Shown here: one piece after another, positions 17,590 to 27,103 of the stretch
Position numbering within the stretch: position 1 is the first letter of the stretch
Layout: every line of letters starts with the position of its first letter
Assembly: GCA_963663385.2 (NCBI GenBank)
Contig: CAXXXD010000002.1
Location: 1-64,000 of the forward strand
Reading direction: 5' to 3'
Origin: Oceanispirochaeta sp.
GTDB taxonomy: Bacteria; Spirochaetota; Spirochaetia; DSM-2461
Length of the DNA: 64,000 bases
The notes under the pieces: model-generated
Databases searched by the model: none
What the model was told of the DNA's origin: nothing
Seen by the model: only the letters and a program-made list of their open reading frames with translations
Made by a program: the position numbers and the translations under genes

Positions 17590-17680
17590 AATACATTTCT
17601 CCCCTCTCCCTTTGGGATGAGGGGCCGGGGGAGAGGGTTTACACCATGCTGTTCCCCTCTTTCGGAGGGGATAGGGGAGG
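17590..17680. repeat. Two REP-like palindromes
   Basis: 17590-17640 is nearly identical to 57820-57870; second hairpin CCCCTC-tttcg-GAGGGG-ataggggagg. Confidence 0.8.
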
Positions 17681-17682
17681 CC

Positions 17683-17955
17683 TTTCCAGGCAATAAAAAA
17701 AGGCTACCCAATCAAGGATAACCTTTTTCTATTATGTTTATCGGAAGCGACGGGCCTCCTTTCCAGTCGTCAGCATCCTGCTGACTTCCTCCAAGCCGGC
17801 TCCGGGGGGCTAAATCGACGTCGTGTCGATTTGCGCTGCGCGACTCGCGCCGCCCCCTGCGCTTCGAGGCCCCGTTTTATTTCCAGGCAATAAAAAAAGG
17901 CTACCCAATCAAGGATAACCTTTTTCTATTATGTTTATCGGAAGCGACGGGCCTC
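17683..17955 (-). repeat. tRNA-linked direct repeat (76 bp x2, period 197) containing the last 17 nt of tRNA-Asp plus terminator
   Basis: 17683-17758 is identical to 17880-17955. Confidence 0.95.
17892..17925 (-). terminator. Intrinsic terminator of the tRNA operon (second copy 197 bp to the left)
   Basis: Minus strand AAAAAGGTTATCC-ttgatt-GGGTAGCC-TTTTTTT. Confidence 0.75.
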
Positions 17956-18012
17956 GAACCCGCGATCTCCGGCTTGACAGGCCGGCGCGATAACCAACTT
18001 CGCTACGCCTCC
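17939..18012 (-). tRNA. tRNA-Asp(GTC)
   Basis: Cloverleaf GGAGGCG...CCGGC-CT GTC AA-GCCGG...GGTTCGA...CGCTTCC-G; CCA not encoded. Confidence 0.95.
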
Positions 18013-18170
18013 AGTATATATGAAGTCCCTTAGGGACACAGTACTGTATTTTAAGGAATACAGAAACCTATAAAAAGTTACTCAGCGGTTCCTTCCTTGA
18101 CGGGAGGAACATTCAGTAATTTATTCCTGCTCTTTACCGGTTACAGCCCCTGAGCAGTATAAAAAGGGTA

Positions 18171-18244
18171 CGGAAGCGACGGGCCTCGAACCCGCGATCT
18201 CCGGCTTGACAGGCCGGCGCGATAACCAACTTCGCTACGCCTCC
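18171..18244 (-). tRNA. tRNA-Asp(GTC), identical second copy
   Basis: Same 74-nt sequence as 17939-18012. Confidence 0.95.
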
Positions 18245-18281
18245 AGTTATCTCAATCCTGTGCACCTGTGTAGAAAAAAAA

Positions 18282-18357
18282 TGGTACCCCGGGGACGATT
18301 CGAACGTCTGACCTGCCGCTTAGGAGGCGGCTGCTCTATCCCCTGAGCTACCGGGGC
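18282..18357 (-). tRNA. tRNA-Arg(CCT)
   Basis: GCCCCGG...GCCGC-CT CCT AA-GCGGC...GTTCGAAT...CCGGGGT-A-CCA. Confidence 0.95.
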
Positions 18358-18371
18358 ACAGGATGATTGGT

Positions 18372-18400
18372 ATCATAATGAAAGGGATATTTTATGTCAA
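18372..18400 (-). promoter_or_regulatory. Sigma70 promoter of tRNA operon
   Basis: TTGACA-N17-TATGAT. Confidence 0.8.
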
Positions 18401-18483
18401 CAGCCTTTTGGATTGTTTTTTTAGAACTTTTATTGACAATTCGTGCCGCTCTATTTAGGTTGTACTTATTATAGAAGGAGTCA

Positions 18484-19734
18484 ATGTTTATGAATGTGAA
18501 TTCAGAGAAAATACAAGAGCTTGTTACAGAAAAATTCCTGAGGTATGTCAAGGTGTGGACTACCTCGGATTCGACCCTGGCCGAAAAGAAGACCCCCTCC
18601 ACCGAGAGGCAGTGGGATCTGCTGAAAATGCTGGTGGAAGAGTTGAAAGAGCTGGGGGTAACTGATGTCAATCTTGATGAAAAAGGATACCTTATAGGAC
18701 GTATCCCCTCCAATCTGGAAAGGGATGTCCCGACCATAGGTTTCATGGCTCATGTGGATACTTCCGAAGACTCATCAGGAGAGAATGTTGACCCCCGGGT
18801 TCATACCGGATGGGATGGATCGCCCATTAAACTGAAAAACGGTGTAGTGCTGGATGAAGATTCTGCTGCCGGAATGCTCCGGTTCAAGGGGGACACCATA
18901 ATTACCAGCGATGGAACCACATTGCTGGGAGCAGACGATAAAGCGGGGATTGCCGAAATCATGACGGCTGTCGAGATCCTGATGAATGATCCCTCTATCC
19001 CTCACGGAGGAATTGAGATCCTGTTTACCCCGGATGAAGAAACCGGCTGCGGGATGGATAATTTCCCACTGGATCAGCTGCAGTCGAAATTCTGTTTTAC
19101 CCTTGACGGCGGGATCGAGGGAGAACTGGAACTGGAATGTTACAACGCCTGGCGCTGTGATCTGAAATTCAAAGGGAGCGTGATTCATCCCGGGTACGCC
19201 AGAGGCAAATTGATTAATGCCGTATCCATGGCTTCCCATTTTGTTTCCATGCTCCCCCGTAATGAAAGTCCCGAAGCGACAGACGGACGGTTCGGGAACT
19301 ACTGGGCTCACAGTATTTCAGGTTCCATGGATGAAGCGGAGGTAACAGTTATGATCCGGGATTTCTCCGAGGAGGAGGGCCTCAGACGGATCGAAGGTCT
19401 CCGGGCTTTCGCCGGTGCGGTAGAAGCTTCTTTTCCCGGAGGAAAAGTGCAGCTTGGTGTAAAGAAACAGTATCAGAATATGAAGTCCGAGCTGGATAAA
19501 TACCCCGAACTGGAATCCCGTATGTATCAGGCTTATCAGAAAGCTGATGTTGTTCCTCATCTAAAGCCGATCAGGGGCGGAACTGACGGTTCCCGTTTGA
19601 CTGCCATGGGGATTCCCACTCCCAATGTGTTTGCAGGAGGAATGAATTTTCACAGTGTACGGGAGTGGGTTCCGGTAAGCTCTATGGGTAAGGCCACCCG
19701 TGTTGTCCTGGAATTGATTGAATCCTGGACATAA
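18484..19734 (+). CDS. pepT: Peptidase T (tripeptidase, M20)
   Basis: FLRYVKVWTTSD, IGFMAHVDTS, LLGADDKAGIAEI, FTPDEETG, IRGGTDGS; promoter TTGACA-N17-TAGGTT at 18433-18461. Confidence 0.95.
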   Translation: MFMNVNSEKIQELVTEKFLRYVKVWTTSDSTLAEKKTPSTERQWDLLKMLVEELKELGVTDVNLDEKGYLIGRIPSNLERDVPTIGFMAHVDTSEDSSGENVDPRVHTGWDGSPIKLKNGVVLDEDSAAGMLRFKGDTIITSDGTTLLGADDKAGIAEIMTAVEILMNDPSIPHGGIEILFTPDEETGCGMDNFPLDQLQSKFCFTLDGGIEGELELECYNAWRCDLKFKGSVIHPGYARGKLINAVSMASHFVSMLPRNESPEATDGRFGNYWAHSISGSMDEAEVTVMIRDFSEEEGLRRIEGLRAFAGAVEASFPGGKVQLGVKKQYQNMKSELDKYPELESRMYQAYQKADVVPHLKPIRGGTDGSRLTAMGIPTPNVFAGGMNFHSVREWVPVSSMGKATRVVLELIESWT

Positions 19735-19841
19735 ACAGGGTCTTTCGCTGATTTAATCCCCGGTATAATAAAAATTAAATACAAAATCAACTGTGTTATT
19801 AATACCTCTCTGTGTTATATTTAGTGTAGGGAGGTCTTATT

Positions 19842-21665
19842 ATTAAGCTGCGATGGTTTTTTACAGTTTTAATTTTAACTCTTTTTCTCTCCTGTGCGGA
19901 CGAGGGCAATCCACTGGTAACACAGGGGGATGATTACTTCTTTTTCACTATTAATGAGGGGACCCTGCTGACCAGTGGAACGGAAGTACAGGTAAGTTAT
20001 TCGGAGAATAATACGCAATCCGACAAGATTGTGATTCTGTTGAAAACCCGTGATTTGGATGAAGTCGCCGTTGTTGAAGTGAGTCCCGATGATTTAAAGG
20101 GAGATGGTCTTCCCATCTCGTTTCCCGATGATCTGGAGGAAGGCCTGTACCTTCTCTGTTTTGAAGTCTGGGAAGGGGATATCCTGCTTTCGGAATCGGA
20201 AGTGTACTTCTATATTGTCAGCGGCGAGTATGCTGTTGTTGGAATTGAAACATACCCTTCGGATATTAAGACAGGCGAGTATATCAACGCAAGGGCCTAT
20301 CTGACTTATCCGGACGATCGTGATCCATGGATCCGCTGGTCTCTGGACAACTCTGTTCTGAAAGAAGGTTACCTTTCTGACATGGCCGATACCTGTCTTC
20401 TTACGGCACCAGCTGAAGATGGTGTGTACTCTCTCAAGACCGAGCTTTTTCCTGTAGAACCTCAGCCTGCTCACAACAGCAGCGCTGTTTTCCATTCGGA
20501 TCTGTTCGTAAATCCCGGAGACGGTAAATCCAGGACTCCCGCAGAAGATAGTATCTATACATTTTATGTCTCTTTCGATTCCGGTCCGGCGGATATTCAG
20601 AACAAGGATGAAACCCCTGACATAATCGGAAATCCTGAAGAAGATCAGGGGCGTCAGGATGGATATATCCTCGATTCGGATGATGGTATCCGGTATCACT
20701 ATAATACCCTGCCTCTGGATGCAGACGGGAATGTTCAGAATTTTACTCTCTCCCTGGATTTTTCCTATGAGGATCTGCCTTCTGCGGATCAGTGGAGGCT
20801 GATTACCATTGGGGATGAGAGTTCCTGTTTTGTTCTTTATTATAATGGGAGTGATGAATCCTTCTATGCCGGTTTTTCCGGGGTTGCCGATTCTCTCTCT
20901 TCCCTCTCTCTGGATCTACTGCCTGAAGATGGTCCCGTCTCTCTTGATCTGACCTATTCCAGTGAGGGAGGGTTTAAACGTCTGCTCTGGGTTGTTCAGG
21001 AAGAGCTCCTTCACCAGTCTCAGGTGGGCGACTTTGTTTTACCCGATGATGGGGAAACTCTGATTGGTTCGGATCAGATTATTCCCGGCTTGCCGCTCCT
21101 TTGGTTCAATGTGGGGGTGTCGGAAATCAGTACAGTAAAAAATGCCGGGAACCCCGATGCCGGGGGAACCGCTTCGGATCCTCTGGCGGAGTATCCGGTT
21201 CAGAATGATTCAGAGGGGACTTTGGATCCTCCCGCCTCCGGCGAATCGGAAATCCTCTATGAGAGACAGAACGGGGCGTTGCCGGAAATCCTGATAGAAA
21301 ATATCCTCCTGGATAGCAGCCTTTTTACTCTGGAAATTGTTCTGGATAAGGATAATACCGGAAAAAACTGGGTATTTTCTTTTCATGATGAAAATGGTTC
21401 GCCCTTCTATACTTTTGATTCTGTTTCCTTTCTGAATACGGATGCTCCGGGTGAATCCGGTAGCGACGATAAAGTATTGGGAGGTACTCCGGAAATCCTG
21501 ACCCTTTCCTTTGTCCGTGATAAGGACGGGTTGTTTATCAGTCGGGATAAGCTTATAGATGGACCCTATCCTGATCAGAATTATTTGAATTTTCAGATAG
21601 TGCCGTATAATAATGATAAGTCCGGACTGGATGCCATAAAAGAGATCCGATTATATCAGGATTGA
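19842..21665 (+). CDS. Acidic lipoprotein, possibly with Ig-like and LamG-like domains; probable ATT start
   Basis: Frame is open back to a TAG at 19827 and encodes IKLRWFFTVLILTLFLS-C; SD GGGAGG at 19829-19834; no ATG/GTG/TTG in frame before 20031. Confidence 0.7.
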   Translation: MKLRWFFTVLILTLFLSCADEGNPLVTQGDDYFFFTINEGTLLTSGTEVQVSYSENNTQSDKIVILLKTRDLDEVAVVEVSPDDLKGDGLPISFPDDLEEGLYLLCFEVWEGDILLSESEVYFYIVSGEYAVVGIETYPSDIKTGEYINARAYLTYPDDRDPWIRWSLDNSVLKEGYLSDMADTCLLTAPAEDGVYSLKTELFPVEPQPAHNSSAVFHSDLFVNPGDGKSRTPAEDSIYTFYVSFDSGPADIQNKDETPDIIGNPEEDQGRQDGYILDSDDGIRYHYNTLPLDADGNVQNFTLSLDFSYEDLPSADQWRLITIGDESSCFVLYYNGSDESFYAGFSGVADSLSSLSLDLLPEDGPVSLDLTYSSEGGFKRLLWVVQEELLHQSQVGDFVLPDDGETLIGSDQIIPGLPLLWFNVGVSEISTVKNAGNPDAGGTASDPLAEYPVQNDSEGTLDPPASGESEILYERQNGALPEILIENILLDSSLFTLEIVLDKDNTGKNWVFSFHDENGSPFYTFDSVSFLNTDAPGESGSDDKVLGGTPEILTLSFVRDKDGLFISRDKLIDGPYPDQNYLNFQIVPYNNDKSGLDAIKEIRLYQD

Positions 21666-21686
21666 GTATAAAAAAGAGACCCTAAA

Positions 21687-23165
21687 TTGATAAAACACCG
21701 TAAACTTCTTCCTATTGTAGAATTCATCTCTCTAACAGTAACTGTTTTTTCTTTTTTTTCGTGTGCCTCTAAGGAGGTCGGGCGTGTCACTCCTCCCGAA
21801 TGGTTTACAGGTCTTATTGAAAAGCAGGAAGGCGACTGTTTCTATTTTCCTGTTTCCGGAGAAGGGGAGAAGCAGGAACTGGTTGCCCGGGAAGTAAGCG
21901 AATTAATTTTCGGTAAGCTGATGGAGGTGAGTGATCTTTCTGACCTTTATGGGGACAGTAGAGATCAGGAGGCTCTTCAAAAGGCGATTCAGGGGTTATA
22001 TTATCCGGAAAATGTGAATGCTGAAAGTCTTTCCGACATTCCGTTATTGCTTGTTCAGTCGGAATGGGTTTTTGAAAATGGCTGTTATGGCTTTTTCGGT
22101 TATTTCTGCATTCCTTCAGATGTGGTTGAAAGGCTGGAGAAGTCTCTGGCCGATGAGTATTTCGGTGCGGACGAACTCTTGAATGCCCTCCTGGCCGAGG
22201 CCGAATCCTTCGGTGAAAACGGGCTTCTCTACCAATCGGCGGAATCCTTTCTGAAAGCGGCATCCCACGTGTTTAAGGCAGGCGGACCCGTTTCTCAAAT
22301 GCTTGCGCAGCGTTATGTCGAGGAGGCTGCCGGACTTCTTGAACGTATTGCAATCACCGTGGAAAAGTACCCGGCCAGAGTTCAGGCGAATACCAAAGTG
22401 GATATCCCTTTTGTTCTCCGTTGTATGGAAGGTGTTGTCGGTGTCCGGGATATGGAATTCCTGGTTCAGTATCAGGGGCGTAAGCGTGACGGCAGTATCG
22501 GTGCGTTTGAGGTTCGTATTGTTTCTGATGGGGATGGTTATGTTTCTTTTTATCATCCCTTCCTGCCTTTTGCAGGGGAATCGCATGTGCTGATGAGTCC
22601 GGGGAGCCGGGATATGCACACCATACTGCGTGATCTGGCTTCTGAAATCCCTGCGGCGGCTGCCTTGAAGCTCTATCTGGAAGAGCAGGCTGTTTCTCTC
22701 GATTTTACAGTTGAATCCGCTGCCCGTCTGGTTCCTACGGGGATTGTTATCCTTCATACCGATATGACAGGAGCGAACCTGAACTCAAAGGAAACCGCAT
22801 CCGGTTTAAGGGAGATCCTTTCGCAGGATGGTTTCGATGCGGAGATTATGCCTCTTTCGCCACTGGAAATAACAGCTTCCAATGAAGCGTCCTTTCTGAG
22901 GGATCTGAAAGCTGCATACAGCAGCCGCTATACCAGGGTTATTTTCGGAGTCGTCGGGATCAATGATTTTGAAATCCGGAATGATCTTTATATGGTTGAG
23001 ACCAGAGGAGTTCTGAAAGTAGTGGATATCCGGACTGGTGAAATCCTGATGGTCAGCGAGAAAACAAAATCCGTAGAGAGTAAGGACAACACTCTGGCGG
23101 TCGCCGCATCCTTTAAAGAACTGGGTAAAGCCTTTGCTGAAGAGATGAAAGACAGTCTTTATTGA
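21687..23165 (+). CDS. Hypothetical lipoprotein
   Basis: 492 aa; signal ending FSFFS-C-AS. Confidence 0.75.
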   Translation: MIKHRKLLPIVEFISLTVTVFSFFSCASKEVGRVTPPEWFTGLIEKQEGDCFYFPVSGEGEKQELVAREVSELIFGKLMEVSDLSDLYGDSRDQEALQKAIQGLYYPENVNAESLSDIPLLLVQSEWVFENGCYGFFGYFCIPSDVVERLEKSLADEYFGADELLNALLAEAESFGENGLLYQSAESFLKAASHVFKAGGPVSQMLAQRYVEEAAGLLERIAITVEKYPARVQANTKVDIPFVLRCMEGVVGVRDMEFLVQYQGRKRDGSIGAFEVRIVSDGDGYVSFYHPFLPFAGESHVLMSPGSRDMHTILRDLASEIPAAAALKLYLEEQAVSLDFTVESAARLVPTGIVILHTDMTGANLNSKETASGLREILSQDGFDAEIMPLSPLEITASNEASFLRDLKAAYSSRYTRVIFGVVGINDFEIRNDLYMVETRGVLKVVDIRTGEILMVSEKTKSVESKDNTLAVAASFKELGKAFAEEMKDSLY

Positions 23166-23214
23166 TCCATCCGGCAATTGAATACTGGAAAAGAAAGATG
23201 TATTCTTCTTTCAT

Positions 23215-24573
23215 ATGAATCATGAAATATACGATACAGACGATAAAATAGCCGCTTTGGCAACCCCCTGGACAGAAAGTGCCATTGGTGTCATCAGGGT
23301 GTCCGGATCAGGGTCCGTAGAGGCTGTGGACTCCCTCTTTGAGGGTTCCCGAAACCTGAAGGATTCTGAAGCCCGGAAACTGAACCTGGGAGTGATCCGT
23401 CATCCCGAAACAGGTGAGGTATTTGATGAAATCATGGCTGTGACCTTCAGAGCACCGGCCAGTTATACCGGTCAGGACAGTGTAGAGCTCTATTGTCATG
23501 GAAGTCTTCCGGGACTTCAGAAAATACTGAAACTCCTGTTTGAAACCGGTTTCCGTCAGGCCTCTCCCGGAGAGTTTACCTTCCGGGCCTTTGTAAACGG
23601 TAAAATGGATCTGACAAGAGCAGAGGCTGTGCAGGAAATTGTAAGTGCCAAATCAGGGCAGGCACAGGCCATGGCTTTAAGCCGTCTGGCCGGGTCTGTT
23701 GAAACAAGGATTAACGGCATGAAGAGCCTGGCTGTAAGAATTGCCGCCTCCTTTGAAATTCAGCTGGACTATCCTGACGATGAAGTGGAGATGCCCGAAC
23801 CGCCTCTGGCTGAGCTGGAGGAAATCCGCAGGGGGCTGGATGAACTGATCTCCTCCTATCAGGTTGGCAGGATTTATCAGGAAGGTGTTGTCGTTGTTCT
23901 GGCGGGTAGAACAAATGCAGGAAAGTCTTCCCTTTTTAATCTGTTTCTGAAGGAAGACCGGTCAATTGTCTCGGATATTCATGGAACGACCCGTGACTTT
24001 CTGGAATCCTGGATCTCCCTGGGGGGGATTCCCATCCGATTGTATGATACGGCCGGCCTGCGGGAATCGGACGATCCTATAGAAGAAGAGGGTATCAGAA
24101 GAACAAGGCAGGTTATAGATAATGCCCATGTGGTCCTCTATCTTCTGGACGGTGAGTGCGGCCTTTCAAATGAGGATAAGGCCGTTCTGGCCGAAGAGGA
24201 TCCCAGAAGGATCATTGTATGGAATAAAGCCGATGCGGCAGGTGAGGCCTGTCCCGAAGGAGCTATTCCGGTGAGCGCTCTGAAGGGCAGCGGTTTTCAT
24301 CATCTGGAAGAGGAGATCCGGACACGGATATTTCACGATTCCGGAACAGCCCGGGATGCCCCTGTTATTGACTCTCTCAGGCAGAAAAACCTGCTTGAAA
24401 GAGCTTATGCCGGGGTTGAAAAAGTTATTGAGGGAATTCATAATGGCCTACCTGTTGATGTGCAGGCCATGGATCTTTCAGAGGTGGTTCAAGCCCTGGG
24501 GGAAATTACCGGCGAAGTGTCGTCAGCAGATATTCTGGAGCAGATGTTTTCTAATTTCTGTGTCGGAAAGTAA
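23215..24573 (+). CDS. mnmE: tRNA modification GTPase MnmE
   Basis: DKIAALATP, GRTNAGKSSLFN, GTTRD, DTAGLR, NKAD, terminal FCVGK. Confidence 0.97.
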   Translation: MNHEIYDTDDKIAALATPWTESAIGVIRVSGSGSVEAVDSLFEGSRNLKDSEARKLNLGVIRHPETGEVFDEIMAVTFRAPASYTGQDSVELYCHGSLPGLQKILKLLFETGFRQASPGEFTFRAFVNGKMDLTRAEAVQEIVSAKSGQAQAMALSRLAGSVETRINGMKSLAVRIAASFEIQLDYPDDEVEMPEPPLAELEEIRRGLDELISSYQVGRIYQEGVVVVLAGRTNAGKSSLFNLFLKEDRSIVSDIHGTTRDFLESWISLGGIPIRLYDTAGLRESDDPIEEEGIRRTRQVIDNAHVVLYLLDGECGLSNEDKAVLAEEDPRRIIVWNKADAAGEACPEGAIPVSALKGSGFHHLEEEIRTRIFHDSGTARDAPVIDSLRQKNLLERAYAGVEKVIEGIHNGLPVDVQAMDLSEVVQALGEITGEVSSADILEQMFSNFCVGK

Positions 24574-24603
24574 TACTGTATAAGAATTAATCAGGATATA
24601 TAG

Positions 24604-26472
24604 ATGGACTATGATGCGATAGTAATCGGGGGAGGGCATGCCGGCATTGAAGCCGGGCTTGCTCTGGCCCGGCTGAATTTTTCAACTTTGTTTATAACCC
24701 AGAGCCTTGATGCTATAGGGCGGCTTTCCTGCAATCCCGCAGTCGGCGGTTTATCCAAGGGGAATATTGTACGGGAGATTGATGCCCTGGGTGGAGAGAT
24801 GGCCCGGCTGATTGACAATTCGATGATTCAGTTCAGAATCCTTAACCGCAGCAGGGGGCCTGCTGTTCAATCCCCCCGGGCTCAGGCCGATAAAAACCTC
24901 TATGCCAGACTGGCCAGGATGACTCTGGAAAATCAGGACAATCTCTACCTTTTTCAGGATACGGTTGTGGATATCCTGGAGGATTCCAGCGGCACGAAGT
25001 GTGAGGGAGTCATAACCGAACGAGGGCGGATATTCCGCTCCAGAGTTGTCGTTATGACTACGGGAACCTTTATGGAGGGAAAGATCTTTATTGGCGCTTT
25101 CAATCAGTCCTCCGGGCGACTGGGAGAGCCTGCCGCTATCGGGTTGGGAACGGCTCTGCGGCAGAAGGGCTATACCGTCGGCCGGCTTAAAACCGGGACT
25201 CCCGCCAGGGTAAAGCGGTCCAGCCTGGATTTTTCCAGAATGGAGGAACAGCCGGGGGATGAGCTGATGCAGCCTTTCTCGTTTTTCACAGAGGAGACTG
25301 ACCGTCCGCAGATTCCCTGTCATATCACCTATACCAATGAAAAAACCCACAATATAATTCGCGCTCATATGCATGAATCGCCCCTGTATGGCGGAGACAT
25401 TGTCGGAACGGGTCCCCGTTACTGCCCTTCCATAGAAGATAAGGTCGTCCGGTTTCCCGAAAGACCCAGGCATCAGATTTTTGTGGAACCTGAAGGATTG
25501 GATACGGAAGAAACTTACCTTAACGGAATCTCCTCTTCTTTGCCGGAACTTGTTCAGGAAGAGTTTCTCCGGACCCTTCCGGGACTGGAGAATGTTGAAA
25601 TAATGCGTCCGGGTTATGCGGTGGAGTATGATTATCTGGATCCGACACAGCTTCTTCCCGGTCTGGAAAGCAAACGGCATCAGGGGCTGTTCCTGGCCGG
25701 TCAGACCAACGGGACTTCCGGTTATGAGGAAGCCGCTGCTCAGGGGCTGCTGGCCGGTATAAATGCCGCGATGAAACTGCAGGGGAAGGAGCCTCTGATT
25801 CTCTCCAGAGCAGAGGCGTATGCGGGTGTTCTGGTGGACGATCTGGTTACTCTCGGGACTCAGGAACCATACAGGATGTTTACGTCACGGGCGGAGTACC
25901 GCTTGTCTCTTCGTCACGATGCGGCGGATCAGAGGCTTTTCCCCTATGCGGAGAAGGTAGGTCTGGCTACAGAAAAGATGACCGAACTTTTTCATAAAAA
26001 GAAAAACGGGCTGGATGAAATAAAAGAGCTTCTCAGGCAGCGGCGTGTCAGCGGTAACTATGTGAAAAATCAGGAACCCCTGGCTCCCCATGAAGGGAAA
26101 AACTGTTATATGGCACTGAAAGATCCGCATGTAACCCTCGGGGATCTGAATGAAGCTGTGCCCGAGCTGAAGGATTATCCGGAAGCCTGGCTCACTCATG
26201 TAGAACTGGATGTTAAGTATGAGGGGTATGTCGCCCGTCAGGAACGGCAGATCGCCCGATTTAAAAAGATGGAAGATATCCTTATTCCTGCCGGTTTCGA
26301 GTATGACCGTGCCGATGGAATTTCCAAAGAATCCAGAGAGAAATTCAAAAATATACAGCCCCGTTCGGTGGGGCAGGCATCCAGAATCTCCGGGGTTCGT
26401 TCTTCGGATATTGCCGTTCTTATGGTTCTGCTGAATCAGAAAAGGAAGGGGCGCGGAAATGAAAAAGATTGA
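24604..26472 (+). CDS. mnmG: tRNA uridine-5-carboxymethylaminomethyl modification enzyme MnmG (GidA)
   Basis: [59 protein letters not shown]. Confidence 0.98.
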   Translation: MDYDAIVIGGGHAGIEAGLALARLNFSTLFITQSLDAIGRLSCNPAVGGLSKGNIVREIDALGGEMARLIDNSMIQFRILNRSRGPAVQSPRAQADKNLYARLARMTLENQDNLYLFQDTVVDILEDSSGTKCEGVITERGRIFRSRVVVMTTGTFMEGKIFIGAFNQSSGRLGEPAAIGLGTALRQKGYTVGRLKTGTPARVKRSSLDFSRMEEQPGDELMQPFSFFTEETDRPQIPCHITYTNEKTHNIIRAHMHESPLYGGDIVGTGPRYCPSIEDKVVRFPERPRHQIFVEPEGLDTEETYLNGISSSLPELVQEEFLRTLPGLENVEIMRPGYAVEYDYLDPTQLLPGLESKRHQGLFLAGQTNGTSGYEEAAAQGLLAGINAAMKLQGKEPLILSRAEAYAGVLVDDLVTLGTQEPYRMFTSRAEYRLSLRHDAADQRLFPYAEKVGLATEKMTELFHKKKNGLDEIKELLRQRRVSGNYVKNQEPLAPHEGKNCYMALKDPHVTLGDLNEAVPELKDYPEAWLTHVELDVKYEGYVARQERQIARFKKMEDILIPAGFEYDRADGISKESREKFKNIQPRSVGQASRISGVRSSDIAVLMVLLNQKRKGRGNEKD

Positions 26473-27103
26473 AGCGGGACTTGCACAGATGGGACTATCC
26501 GGCGATAGTGCCAAATTGAAACTGCTGGATCGTTACATTAAGGAAATTGAGTTGTGGAATCCCCGTTACGGTCTTGTCAATGCTGAAGGTGAGGAGCTGG
26601 AGGTTCGTCATATTCTGGATTCGCTGGCTGCCGTAACTCTGCTGCAGAAAATAAACCCTTCTACCGTGGCAGATATAGGTTCGGGGGCGGGGCTCCCCGG
26701 TATCCCCCTGGCCATTTTCCTGCCGGATGTATCATTTGATCTTGTGGAAAGATCCGGCCGTCGTGTCAATTTTCTGAGAAATGCCGTTCTGGCCCTGGGG
26801 CTGAAGAACGTCCATATAAAGGAAATAGCCATGGAGGAACTGAAAGATCAGTATGATGTGGTTACTTTCAGGGGATTTTCTCCTTTTAACAGAGAGCTTA
26901 TGGTGTATCTTGAAAGAATTATGACAGAACAGGGCAAAATCATTGCCTATAAGGGAAAGCTGAAACAGATCCGGGAGGAACTCTCCCTGCTTGATCAGGC
27001 GCTTCAGGATGCTGTTGAGATTTTAAATGTTGAAGTCCCGTTTCTTAAAGAGGAACGCCACCTCGTTACATTGAACTTGGCAGACTCTGCTGGGAAGTTT
27101 TGA
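26459..27103 (+). CDS. rsmG: 16S rRNA m7G527 methyltransferase RsmG (GidB)
   Basis: [22 protein letters not shown]; follows mnmG. Confidence 0.95.
   Translation: MKKIEAGLAQMGLSGDSAKLKLLDRYIKEIELWNPRYGLVNAEGEELEVRHILDSLAAVTLLQKINPSTVADIGSGAGLPGIPLAIFLPDVSFDLVERSGRRVNFLRNAVLALGLKNVHIKEIAMEELKDQYDVVTFRGFSPFNRELMVYLERIMTEQGKIIAYKGKLKQIREELSLLDQALQDAVEILNVEVPFLKEERHLVTLNLADSAGKF

Noticed and set aside
17683..17955. Prophage/ICE attL-attR pair
   Set aside because: Only 121 bp lie between the repeats and there is no integrase, so it is reported as a mini-element instead.
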